Positions 29,501-38,254 of a DNA stretch of 64,000 nt are shown piece by piece (positions within the stretch are counted from its first letter, which is position 1; each line of letters opens with the position of its first letter). Source of the stretch: a virus; the IMG/VR virus record IMGVR_UViG_3300032116_000089, positions 1 through 64,000 of that record; one strand, 5' to 3'. Position numbers and translations under genes: made by a program. The notes under the pieces were generated by a model, which saw nothing but the letters and a program-made list of their open reading frames with translations, ran no database searches and had not been told where the DNA came from.

Positions 29501-32500
29501 TATAAAACCTATGGCGGCACCGGCAGTTGCGCCACCGGCTCTTACAACATTTGCGCCTTCTAGTCCAGCTTTTTTACCGGCAATTTCTTCTGCTTTTGCG
29601 ACATTTCCGCTGTCAATTGCCCCCTTTAGTTGATTATCGTAATCATATAAACTAGTTATCACAGAATTAAAAGCTTGAGTGGCAATATAAGCAGATCCTG
29701 CGATGGCAATAAGTGGACCAGCAAGTGCAGTTGCATTTTGAGTAAGAGCGCCAATTGAAGAACTAGCAGATCCTAATGAACTACCTAAAGAAGTTAAACC
29801 TTTGCCAAGCGTGGGAGATAAACTAGATACAGAAGATCCCGCTCTCATTAAACCTCTACCGCCTTGAAGTGCAGCACTTCTTCCGAATTTACTTGCTCCT
29901 TTTATACCTTTCCCACCAAGAAAATCCATCATACTTTGTGAATTTAATTTTACACCAAATGCCTCTAAGGCAAATCCTACCGCTGTAATAGTTGTGATTA
30001 ACCCCAAGATGCTATGAGCCATTTTTAATGCGCCAGATGAAGATTCATCAAGTGCTGGTAAAAATCCTTGAACTATACTAACGCCCATAGAAGCTACCAT
30101 CATTTTATTACCAGCCGCAACACCCATTGCGCTTTTTGCGGCAGAGTTTTGCGCTTTGGTATTAGCGTTAACAGATGCGGTATTGGTATTTACACCACCA
30201 ACTTTGCTACCCATAGTTGCACCCATAGTAGCAAAACCACCACTTGGAGTAGCAGACGGTGATGTAGTTTGGATCGGCCTCCTTGGAGAAGGTGCGGCTG
30301 ATGGTATGGATATAGGATTGCTAGCTTTAATGTCTCTTGAATTTTTAGCAAGAGCATTAACATATTGTTCTGCGGCACTTCGTATTTTATCTTGTGACGC
30401 TCCACTTTTCTGTAGTTGTTGTAAGTTATAGAACATACTGTCTACTACATCTATATTGACCGCAACAGAGCGTCGATTTAGTTTGGCATTCTCATCTATG
30501 ATTGCAGAAAAGCCGGGTAACACACTGTTTAAATAAACTAACTGTCTTTGATATTTTTGTGTAACGCTTTCACCACCAACGGCGCTTTTTGCTAATGAAT
30601 TCAAACCTAGAGCAAGTTTTGTAAAACCTCCAGCAGTAACTCTATCCAAAACTGATGCCATCTTCAGTGCAGCTACATCTAATTTTCTAGCACCTTCAAA
30701 AGACAATTTTTGTGCTGGAAGATCAAAAGCGGGTCTAGCGGGCTTGGCTCCGCTGCCAGATGTACCGGTAGCAAATCGCTGTACAATTCCGCCCTTGGCA
30801 TATTTACCAACTTTATTCATACGGTTTAGATTACCGTAACCAATCCTCTGAGCGGATGAACGATTTACAACAAACTCACCGGGAGTTAATAGGGCTGGAA
30901 CAGTATCTGTACCAACACCTCCACCAGTAGCATATCTGCGGCGTCTTATAGTTGCATCAACAATTTTCTTTTCTCTGCTTCTACCTTCATAATCTCCAAT
31001 AGATTTTCCGGTTTTCTTTTTCACCGCTTCATCAATTCTATCTTGTCTTTCAAACTTTGCCGCCTCAACAGCATCAAGTAAGGGAGAACTTATTCTCTTT
31101 GGTAATAAATTCATTTTTTTGATTTCAGAATCCGACATGATAAAATCTCGCCATCCTGTTGATTGGCGTTGATCAAGCATATCTTTTAGTTTTTCTACTG
31201 TTATATTTCGTTGTTTTGCTGCCGCAATAAGAGAATCTTCATCAAATGCCATACTTCGCTTGGGCAATTCATTGCCGACCCCACCACCATCGGCAAATTT
31301 TTGAATTATACCGCCAAAGTGTTTTCGTTGACCAGTTGTTCTTAAACTAACACCGCCCTTATAGCCATTAATAATATCATTAGCTAATTTTCTTTGTATA
31401 TTACCACCAACTTCACCGTAACTACGCTTGGCTTCAGCTTTAATCAACTTATTTACTTGTGCTTGACTACCAAACAAAGTCCCAAGCTTGTCTTTATTTT
31501 GAGATATTGCAGATCTTGGGAAGTCAAAATTTGCTCTACCACCAGCGGCTGTTGCTCCCGTAAAAGCTGAGATCATCGCTTCAAATAAATAACCTTCTAT
31601 AGTACTTCTGACTTGATTATCCGACTGAATTTTGCCAACTATGCCGGTCATCAATTTTTCATTTGTGTTTAATCCCGGCGGTAAATCAAGTAATCCTTGA
31701 GATACAACAGAATTGATAGTAGAATTTACTCCAGTAGAAATACCATCTAAAAATCCCTTATGAGCAGCTGCTGCATATTTAGCATTATTTTCTAAATTTC
31801 TTTTTCCTTCTTCCATTCCGGGATAGAATACTGGATAAGTAGCGGGATTTATAACAGCGTTAACACCGCCTTTGATTTCGTCTGGCGACAAACCGGCTTG
31901 AGAGGCAGAAATCTTAGCATATTTATTGCCAGCAGGAAGTGTGAATGGGAATGGTTGAGTTGCAGAATAACCTCCTTCAGATCCCTTTGGTGGAGTTAAT
32001 ACAAATGCGCCTATCTGCCCATCATTTACATCAAACTGTATGTTACCAGCACCAGCGACATCTTTATTTACGCCATATTTTCCATCTCTTTTTTTTGTAC
32101 TTTTTAGTTTTTGTGTGGCACCAACGATAGCTCTACCGCCGTTAGCATAACGATTTTGGTTCATAGCCGCCAAAGTACCAGCACCCATTTTATTAACACT
32201 GCTCTTGCGTATTACGAATTCTCCGGGTTGTAACATCGCTGGAACAGTATCTCTATTACCACTGCCGGGAACTAATCCGCCTCTAGCAAAACCAAGAACT
32301 TTACCGCCCTTGTTGTAAGTTCTTCCAGATGTTGCGCCGCTCATTATACCACCAAAAAAACCTCCTAAACCTTTAGCAATTTTGAAAGCCGCAAGAGCGG
32401 CCAATAAAGGCAGTAGAGGTTTAATAGAATCAGCAATCTTGATTAAAGCCGATGCCAATGACAACGCAGTATTTGCCATTACTTGGAAAGTAGATGTTTC

Positions 32501-33661
32501 TGTTATACTACGAATTAGAGCAAGGAATTCTTCTTTTACCTTCATAATTCTAATAGCAAGTGCCGCTTGTGCAGATGCGGCGTCATTAGTAAGAGAATCA
32601 TTTGCTTTTGTTGCAACATTCAAAGCCTGTTGAGCAGTCGTAAATTGCTGTAAAAGTGGCAACACTTTGCCAATTTGACGAAAGCCACCAAGTTCTTCAG
32701 CGATGCTAATAAATGTGAGGTCGCCTTCTCCTAATCCAGCTAAAGCCTGACTTAATCGTTTTATGGCTTCATAGGGACCAACGAACTTACCATTCAAATC
32801 TACAAGTTCTACACCAAACTGTTTTAAGAATTCAATAGTTTTTGGTCGCTGAATACGTGTGAAGATAGTACGTAAACCAGTACCAATACTTTCTGCACTT
32901 TCTCGCGTTGTTGCTCTAACGCTAGTAAATAGTGCCAGTAGTTCATTTAAACTGCCGCCAGAAGCTTTAAACACGCCGCCAGTTCTACGAATAACGTCAA
33001 TTAAGTCACTTGCTTCTACAGCGAAAGCGCCAGCAACAGCATTAATGGACCCTAACTGTGCTTCTAAAGCGCCTACACCTTGTTGAAATTGTGCTAAAAT
33101 AGCAATAGCACCTTCTGCTGTTTCAGTAATACTATCAAAGTTAGGAGCAAGCGCAGCTTTTGCTAGAGTTCTTAAAGCTACGGCAGTATCTTCAGCAGTT
33201 AAACCGGCCTGTGCTAATACTGTAGAAACTTCTAATAAATCTGAGGATGCAACGCCAAAACCGGTAGACAAACTAGTAATTTGTTTAGTAAGGCCACGAA
33301 GCTGACTAATGCTTTTACCAGTTACCTGAGATACTTTAATCAATTGACGTTCAAAGTCAATAGCATCTTGTACAGCATTTCCAAGAGTGTTAGTAAATAA
33401 ACTAACTGCTCTGGTTGCTACAGAAAAAGCAGCAAACCGCCGAACAGAAAGGGAAAAAGCTTTTCCCATTCTTTCAGCGGCTGTTGTTGCTTGATTGGTA
33501 GATTGAGTTACTTGCTGTAATTGACGCTGTGCTTGTGCAGACCCCTGCACTTGTACATTAACATTAACCCCACTTAACTGGGATTGTATTTGTTGTACAA
33601 CTTGCCTAACGTTATTTGGAGCTTGTAATTGTAATTGTGCGGTCAGTACGAATCTTGACAT
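26576..33661 (-). CDS. tail tape measure protein (TP901-type core) with extra domains
   Basis: 2361 aa, Ala/Gln-rich and helical. Core motifs DFERQLIKVSQVTG and TRESAESIGTGLRTIFTRI, hydrophobic Gly/Ala segments, three DTVPAxLxPGEFV motifs, AAGGAG RBS. Confidence 0.92.
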   Translation of the reverse strand: MSRFVLTAQLQLQAPNNVRQVVQQIQSQLSGVNVNVQVQGSAQAQRQLQQVTQSTNQATTAAERMGKAFSLSVRRFAAFSVATRAVSLFTNTLGNAVQDAIDFERQLIKVSQVTGKSISQLRGLTKQITSLSTGFGVASSDLLEVSTVLAQAGLTAEDTAVALRTLAKAALAPNFDSITETAEGAIAILAQFQQGVGALEAQLGSINAVAGAFAVEASDLIDVIRRTGGVFKASGGSLNELLALFTSVRATTRESAESIGTGLRTIFTRIQRPKTIEFLKQFGVELVDLNGKFVGPYEAIKRLSQALAGLGEGDLTFISIAEELGGFRQIGKVLPLLQQFTTAQQALNVATKANDSLTNDAASAQAALAIRIMKVKEEFLALIRSITETSTFQVMANTALSLASALIKIADSIKPLLPLLAALAAFKIAKGLGGFFGGIMSGATSGRTYNKGGKVLGFARGGLVPGSGNRDTVPAMLQPGEFVIRKSSVNKMGAGTLAAMNQNRYANGGRAIVGATQKLKSTKKRDGKYGVNKDVAGAGNIQFDVNDGQIGAFVLTPPKGSEGGYSATQPFPFTLPAGNKYAKISASQAGLSPDEIKGGVNAVINPATYPVFYPGMEEGKRNLENNAKYAAAAHKGFLDGISTGVNSTINSVVSQGLLDLPPGLNTNEKLMTGIVGKIQSDNQVRSTIEGYLFEAMISAFTGATAAGGRANFDFPRSAISQNKDKLGTLFGSQAQVNKLIKAEAKRSYGEVGGNIQRKLANDIINGYKGGVSLRTTGQRKHFGGIIQKFADGGGVGNELPKRSMAFDEDSLIAAAKQRNITVEKLKDMLDQRQSTGWRDFIMSDSEIKKMNLLPKRISSPLLDAVEAAKFERQDRIDEAVKKKTGKSIGDYEGRSREKKIVDATIRRRRYATGGGVGTDTVPALLTPGEFVVNRSSAQRIGYGNLNRMNKVGKYAKGGIVQRFATGTSGSGAKPARPAFDLPAQKLSFEGARKLDVAALKMASVLDRVTAGGFTKLALGLNSLAKSAVGGESVTQKYQRQLVYLNSVLPGFSAIIDENAKLNRRSVAVNIDVVDSMFYNLQQLQKSGASQDKIRSAAEQYVNALAKNSRDIKASNPISIPSAAPSPRRPIQTTSPSATPSGGFATMGATMGSKVGGVNTNTASVNANTKAQNSAAKSAMGVAAGNKMMVASMGVSIVQGFLPALDESSSGALKMAHSILGLITTITAVGFALEAFGVKLNSQSMMDFLGGKGIKGASKFGRSAALQGGRGLMRAGSSVSSLSPTLGKGLTSLGSSLGSASSSIGALTQNATALAGPLIAIAGSAYIATQAFNSVITSLYDYDNQLKGAIDSGNVAKAEEIAGKKAGLEGANVVRAGGATAGAAIGFILGGPIGAAIGAALGAGVATLVTGAISGIFGEAGDRFLAGIGTLFGGATYDSAVALAAAQAGAVKTQKALEQAQKTATSAMNDFSNGSITASEALSRIRSKTAEVSKQEKRTTDFVRENLKNRSQYNGLLSGGSVAGSLGSAAKGSFAGPIGQIAGLLGGEGALRDVYTLGGLLGESSSVRNERLSKENVEQINSSAKQQAEAFNIESPARQAAIRSRIVRGGKTEDIRKEATGDLQSRISELRVLGSDLDLAGDKKGAEAARSAAAQMAEQLDQVNEEIKNIEKEVKRAKESFQAMNLGLRSADATASALSASMSRFTAGLEVGGSTFVSDVEFLQESISSAAQAMNPDEIRDAAQNVANNLRGMGVSPQMVAKFEGNVAAFTQAQANYNQAFENVKNSMKEADFKDLSSDEIKKRMAEELASGLGPGVSDEARENLTKVVKNMNLEDSDIDKIIAGDLSAFGDKLTEEQKKMFEPIQKIAQERAKAEQVLTEFTKKRIDAERNLVAAQQEAIDLLSEGREIQAKYGGQAVSMQEKRGNLLAKSNVEASRLGLTSMRTGDAGELRRRNAEIRGRFSQIESQRTSQGGMAGTAGVTADETQKDLQKAYKTQIDTIRGLIKLEEEQLKITEEKNKLEKDSMESLVKGDVEAFFKQQSAVGATAAIASGDQRLMNQYGAEALGTAALDIKRQQDAGVQTLYGQRLAGAGGLTEAASSAALSARGVTDMRAAQVMAGTTAEEEASKARLRELGGMLGETGELGAEMAEMQVQTATINVNSAQLKFNEVLERGNKAAEKANRAENMPAVAKARGGLIYANRGIFVPRGTDTVPAMLTPGEFVVNRGAVQRGNNLQILQAMNGGAGVSNSDGGAAMMARGGMVRYRQEGSSSPEAPSQGMTNFVAALENFNRVLSENVQSLRDTKISIKLDSTSVSINLNDGGLLKALTGQVKQELFGLIENQFKVVDGGRLKRTDGGIV

Positions 33662-33693
33662 AATTCTCCTTTACTGATGCCACACAACCCTGT

Positions 33694-34581
33694 CTATTCA
33701 CTTTCCGTTGCTATTGACTTCTTTTTTTTAGTTGGTTTTTCTGACTGCTCTGTATCGTCTGGCTTTATTTCTTTGTTGTCATCATCTAGATAAGTGACTT
33801 CTGGTATATAATTACCATTTTCGTCCAACGGATTACCATCCTTATCTACCCTATTTCCTTGATCGTTTAGCCAGTATCCTTGCTTGTCTATTCTGCGACC
33901 ATCTGTGTCTACAGTCTCACCCTTGTCGTTAACTAAGCTAAGATCCTCATTAACGAAATGGAACATTTTAAGGAATTTATTTTCTGGTAATTTGGCTTCG
34001 AAATCCTTATCAACAGAATACATCATTCCGGCTAATGTTGATGCCGCCATAAAAGCGATTTCATCATCTCCGCGCTCTTTATAGTCTTCTATATCATTAT
34101 ACACTTTCTGACCATTTTCGTAAAACGCAGAATTAGCAACTAGATAATCAAAACGAACATTATCTGATATGGACTCTGCGGTATTTTGCTCTAGACTCAT
34201 TTTTTCAGCAATCAAGTCACGAAGTTCATTTCGCTTAATTCTCATCTGTATAGCAATTCGTTTGCCCTCAGAAGCTTTTAGCTTTTTACCGCCGTTACCA
34301 CTAACGTAAAGTTGTTTTTCTAAATCGGCAATTTCTTGAACAGTTTTCTTTTGTTCTTCGTCCTTACCTTCGTCCCAAATACCTTGCTGCTTCATGAACT
34401 TTTCAAGTTCTTTCTTAGTCATAATTCCATCCCTTACGCAATCTGTCCAAGCTTTTGCTCCAACTCTTTGGGCTTGAGAGATTAAATTACTACTGGGGCG
34501 TTTAACAGTTAGTTTAATTGTTTCTTCTTTTCCATTTCGTGTTCTTTTAACTTCTACTGATTTTTCCTTTTCCTGTGACAT
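33694..34581 (-). CDS. putative tail assembly chaperone
   Basis: Charged helical protein immediately upstream of the tape measure. ATG 34581 has a GGAGG RBS. Confidence 0.55.
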   Translation of the reverse strand: MSQEKEKSVEVKRTRNGKEETIKLTVKRPSSNLISQAQRVGAKAWTDCVRDGIMTKKELEKFMKQQGIWDEGKDEEQKKTVQEIADLEKQLYVSGNGGKKLKASEGKRIAIQMRIKRNELRDLIAEKMSLEQNTAESISDNVRFDYLVANSAFYENGQKVYNDIEDYKERGDDEIAFMAASTLAGMMYSVDKDFEAKLPENKFLKMFHFVNEDLSLVNDKGETVDTDGRRIDKQGYWLNDQGNRVDKDGNPLDENGNYIPEVTYLDDDNKEIKPDDTEQSEKPTKKKKSIATESE

Positions 34582-34593
34582 ATTTTCCTCCAA

Positions 34594-34929
34594 TTATTTA
34601 TTGTTAGGGGTAACTACGGGTATTTTGATTTGATATCTTAACCATTCTATATCATATTGAGCTAATTCAGCATCAATATTACGAGCTTGATTATTTCCAC
34701 GATCTAGTATTTCTGATCTCACTTTATTGTATAAAGTCTTCATTAACTCTTGGTCTTTTGTAAGCTGTCCACCAGACTCGCTGTTCCATAAAAAACTAAA
34801 ATTTTCTTCTATTGTACTTAATGCGCCTATCATAGTTGTCTGAATTTTCTTTTTAAGTATCTTGGACAATCTATCTTTTGATTCAGCTTTATATTTTGAA
34901 TCTCTTATTTTCTTATAATCTGGTTCCAT
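34594..34929 (-). CDS. hypothetical protein in the tail chaperone region
   Basis: 111-aa helical ORF with AGGAGG RBS. Confidence 0.6.
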   Translation of the reverse strand: MEPDYKKIRDSKYKAESKDRLSKILKKKIQTTMIGALSTIEENFSFLWNSESGGQLTKDQELMKTLYNKVRSEILDRGNNQARNIDAELAQYDIEWLRYQIKIPVVTPNNK

Positions 34930-34930
34930 A

Positions 34931-35971
34931 TTATCCTCCTATTTTTCCTCTCATTTGATTAGTAGCCATCATCTGTATATTGCGTTTTTGATCTGGTAAA
35001 TTTTGATCTTGTATTGTTCCATGTTTTTCAATAGCGGACTGTCTTTGTTTTTTAATCATTTTGCCCATTGGGTCATTCATATCATTAATTTTTGAAGCAC
35101 GATCCTTATTAGAGACTATGAAAACTTCTGATGAATTTTTAATCTTTTCATTATTGGTTTCAGTGTCAAATTCTTTTTCTAATCTTTCTTTTTCACGTTT
35201 TTGATTTTGGATTATAAACCAACCGTCAAGCATATCATCGTCTTCTATAACTTCCTTTTCTGGACATTCTAATGACTCTTGTATATTATCATACATTTGT
35301 GACCAGACTAACAAATTTTTTTGATTATATGTCAATTCAGTATTGGGGGGATTGCAAAATAGTGGGGAGTTTGAATTTTCTCTTACTACCCATAAAGATT
35401 TCCAAGGGTCATTGCGGGCTATGTCTCTAGACTTTTTTTCTGATAAAAAGTGTGACTGCCACTCATCTATGACATATTGCAATGATATATCTTCAAAATC
35501 ATAGATCTTGTTTTCACGATATGTCGTATTTTTGATTATCCACATGAGTCTTTCAGTGGATGCAATGCCCTCGCATGTATTTTGATGATACATGTATTTT
35601 TTGTTTAGATGAGAAGATAACTGTGACTCACCTGCGCGAAGATATTTTCTTATACTATTGACCATATTTTTATCCCTACGAGCGTTGTAAATTTCTACTT
35701 TTAAACGCTCAATATCCTTTTTTAACCCTTCTTCTCTTTTATCGTCGTGAGGTGTCCATAGTTCATTTTCTAACATCCACTCATTAACATCTTCTTCGGT
35801 CATCATTTCTTCTGACAGGGCGTTATCATAGGCTCGTTGATATATTTGACAAGATTTAAAAGATTGATCAATTGTGAGTGGGCGTACTTCTAGATCTATA
35901 TCCTTATAATTTATGAATACTTTACCAGATCTTACCATAGAAACGAAAAACTCCCGCTCATGATGCTTCAT
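34931..35971 (-). CDS. putative tail assembly chaperone, paralogue of 33694-34581 with a distinct C-terminal domain
   Basis: 346 aa between tail tube and tape measure. Shares the MT...W...I..L...Y and QNTxExI...Y.ED pattern with the downstream chaperone. Confidence 0.5.
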   Translation of the reverse strand: MKHHEREFFVSMVRSGKVFINYKDIDLEVRPLTIDQSFKSCQIYQRAYDNALSEEMMTEEDVNEWMLENELWTPHDDKREEGLKKDIERLKVEIYNARRDKNMVNSIRKYLRAGESQLSSHLNKKYMYHQNTCEGIASTERLMWIIKNTTYRENKIYDFEDISLQYVIDEWQSHFLSEKKSRDIARNDPWKSLWVVRENSNSPLFCNPPNTELTYNQKNLLVWSQMYDNIQESLECPEKEVIEDDDMLDGWFIIQNQKREKERLEKEFDTETNNEKIKNSSEVFIVSNKDRASKINDMNDPMGKMIKKQRQSAIEKHGTIQDQNLPDQKRNIQMMATNQMRGKIGG

Positions 35972-35994
35972 ACAGCTTTCTCATAAGCGGGAGT
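35945..35994 (-). terminator. 14-bp hairpin plus U-tract downstream of the tail tube gene, with the next start codon in its loop
   Basis: mRNA reads ACUCCCGCUUAUGA-[GAAAGCUGUAUGAAGCA]-UCAUGAGCGGGAGU-UUUUCGUUU. Stem is fully paired with one G-U. Confidence 0.7.
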
Positions 35995-35999
35995 CTCAT
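35958..35999 (-). CDS. candidate 13-aa leader peptide MRLPLMRKLYEAS
   Basis: AAGGA 7 nt upstream of ATG 35999, TGA at 35960-35958. Covers the 5' arm and loop of the hairpin. Confidence 0.35.
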   Translation of the reverse strand: MRLPLMRKLYEAS

Positions 36000-36042
36000 T
36001 TTTGTATCCTTAAAAATTCCTAATTATTTAGCTATGAGGTAA

Positions 36043-37239
36043 TCAAGGAGTACCGTTATAAATTGGCTCATAGTCTGGATTGTCTTTACTAGCAATTAAA
36101 TCTTGGGGATGTGTTACAGTTAAACTATTATAGGTAGAATAACTATATGTGATAGTAGCATTGCCACCACCAGCATCACCACCAGTATAATTTACTGATG
36201 ATAATCTACTCTTAGTACCTAAATCAAAAACAGTACCATCGTGTAGTCTTATAACGATTGTTTCTTCTGCTGTATTGTTGCCGTAGTTCTTTTCGCCAAC
36301 GTCGAAGCCGTCTTTACTGGTATCGCCTTCTTCGTAAGCGTTGATAAAATCGCCACTGACAGCAATAACTTCAAACTCAGAAGTTACTTCTACGGGGAAA
36401 TTTGCAAATCTATAGTATGGTGATTTTCTGCCAAGTTCTTGAATACTTTCTCTGTTTAAATCGCAGTTAATAGAGCAATTCTGTACGTGTACTCTATTTG
36501 TATTGTTAGAGCTATTGTAAGCATTACCCGCCGTGGCTGACTGAGTTACACCAAAAATTGATAATGGTAATATAGAATTTTTAATATCTACATTTTCTCT
36601 ACGCTGAACGCCACCGTAGAATGATCCAGTTTGTAAATTCTTTGGAGCATCCAAACCGTCGCCAGCAGTAGTAGAATCATCAAGTTGATTTGCTACTGAG
36701 GCTGAAAACTTTGTTGGAGTAATTGACCAAGCTTTATGATTACCAACTAGTGTTAACGACTCTGTGCAATTGCCATCTACTGGGAGAGTAAAGCCAATAC
36801 TACTAACATACATGCCGCTCATTTGTACTTCGACTAGGGCGTTGGCGTCGGTGTCGCCAATATTTTCTACAGTCTCTGGGAAAATACCTAGATAAACATT
36901 TGTTCTCTGTTTTGAACGTGCCACAAGAGATAATTTAGCAGCGCTAGTCAAAGTTTCTTCATCAACTCCGCATGTAGCAACGTGATACATCAGAGGATAA
37001 CCATCAAGAACCTTTTCTAAGGTTACTTCAATATCTGGTACGCCTTCGATATTTTCATAAATATGGATCTGACCTAATTCGAAAACTTGTTCTAGATTGA
37101 ATGTTGTGTTTAGGCCAACGCTCTGAACGCCATGAAGCACCTGCACGTTGTTACTGGTAACAGTTAGTGTGCCAGCATTATCATATAGTGGCTCAAGAGC
37201 AACGGCTTGGCAAGCGTAGAAAATTCTATTGTTGGGCAT
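36043..37239 (-). CDS. major tail tube protein
   Basis: 398 aa with GVQSVGLNTTFNLEQVFELGQ and a second similar unit VQNCSINCDLNRESIQELGR. Lies between neck genes and chaperones, with AGGAGA RBS, its own promoter motif and a downstream hairpin. Confidence 0.75.
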   Translation of the reverse strand: MPNNRIFYACQAVALEPLYDNAGTLTVTSNNVQVLHGVQSVGLNTTFNLEQVFELGQIHIYENIEGVPDIEVTLEKVLDGYPLMYHVATCGVDEETLTSAAKLSLVARSKQRTNVYLGIFPETVENIGDTDANALVEVQMSGMYVSSIGFTLPVDGNCTESLTLVGNHKAWSITPTKFSASVANQLDDSTTAGDGLDAPKNLQTGSFYGGVQRRENVDIKNSILPLSIFGVTQSATAGNAYNSSNNTNRVHVQNCSINCDLNRESIQELGRKSPYYRFANFPVEVTSEFEVIAVSGDFINAYEEGDTSKDGFDVGEKNYGNNTAEETIVIRLHDGTVFDLGTKSRLSSVNYTGGDAGGGNATITYSYSTYNSLTVTHPQDLIASKDNPDYEPIYNGTP

Positions 37240-37277
37240 AATTCTCTCCTATTTTAAGATGGTAAGCTCTAGTTACT

Positions 37278-37284
37278 TATACAC
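37278..37284 (-). promoter_or_regulatory. GTGTATA putative late promoter
   Basis: Minus strand reads GTTTTGGTGTATAAGTAAC, 39 nt upstream of the tail tube ATG. Confidence 0.65.
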
Positions 37285-37294
37285 CAAAACTATA

Positions 37295-38254
37295 TTAAAC
37301 TTCTATTGTTTCTAGTGTCAGCCGCACAATTCCAGCAAAAAAGTTGCTATTTATTAACTTCATGTCTTGAACAGAGGAATTTTTTAATCGTACCCTTCCA
37401 CGGGCATAATTATGGATCAAATCTGGATATCTCAATGCTCCAGAAACTGGAAATCCCATATAATCTAATGGAAAAGCTCCGCTGCTGGCTATGGAGTTAC
37501 TATTAAACATATATATAGTCTTATCATTTTGTAATGACATAATATCTACTAATTTATTTCTAGTATATTCATCTTCGGCTAAACAGTGAAATAAAACATC
37601 AGTTTCAACAAATTGACCACCGCCTAACTGATATCCACGTATATTTCTACGAGGAACAATTTCTATAGCTATGGTTGGAAGTTGCATCCTAGCTTCTGCT
37701 GGTAATTCATATTTAGCTTTATTAAGACTGCCGCCAACTGGCTCTAAAGAAGAATATTGAACTTCGGCTAACCAAGGTAGACTATTGGCATATACCACGT
37801 TGATGTATTTATAACTATATTCGGCCTGTACGACACTACCTGTCGGTATAGGATTGTTGAAAATTACTCTACCATTGTAATAATCAACTTTATGCGCATA
37901 TGTTCCACTCGTATTACTTGGATGGAAGGTGCCGTTCACGTAAACTCCAGATATACCGGGTATTGCTCTACTAGGGCCAATAATTGGTGGAGGTGAGTAA
38001 GATACTCCACTTTGCCAAACCCAATTCTTTCTAAAGCCTTCCCAAACTTTTCCACTTGGATATGTAGGGCTAGGAGAAATATTTAACCTACTATAATCTA
38101 CTGAGTCTGGAGAATTCTCGCCTATGGTAACATTCATATAGTTACCTTTTTCTAGCAATGACCAATCTAAAAACTCAATAATATTATCTTGTAATTCATT
38201 GTTTAATGTATTTTGAAATACATTATCAAATCCCTTTAGTTCAAGATATGACAT
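37295..38254 (-). CDS. putative tail terminator / tail completion protein
   Basis: 319 aa. C-terminal QLPTIAIE...GYQLGGG...DVLFHCLAEDEYTRNKLVDIM fits the terminator fold, and the gene precedes the tail tube. Confidence 0.6.
   Translation of the reverse strand: MSYLELKGFDNVFQNTLNNELQDNIIEFLDWSLLEKGNYMNVTIGENSPDSVDYSRLNISPSPTYPSGKVWEGFRKNWVWQSGVSYSPPPIIGPSRAIPGISGVYVNGTFHPSNTSGTYAHKVDYYNGRVIFNNPIPTGSVVQAEYSYKYINVVYANSLPWLAEVQYSSLEPVGGSLNKAKYELPAEARMQLPTIAIEIVPRRNIRGYQLGGGQFVETDVLFHCLAEDEYTRNKLVDIMSLQNDKTIYMFNSNSIASSGAFPLDYMGFPVSGALRYPDLIHNYARGRVRLKNSSVQDMKLINSNFFAGIVRLTLETIEV

Noticed and set aside
33721-33727. A-AAA-AAG slippery heptamer at the end of the chaperone gene before the tape measure
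   Set aside because: The -1 frame hits TGA within about eight codons, so no extended GT-type product would result.
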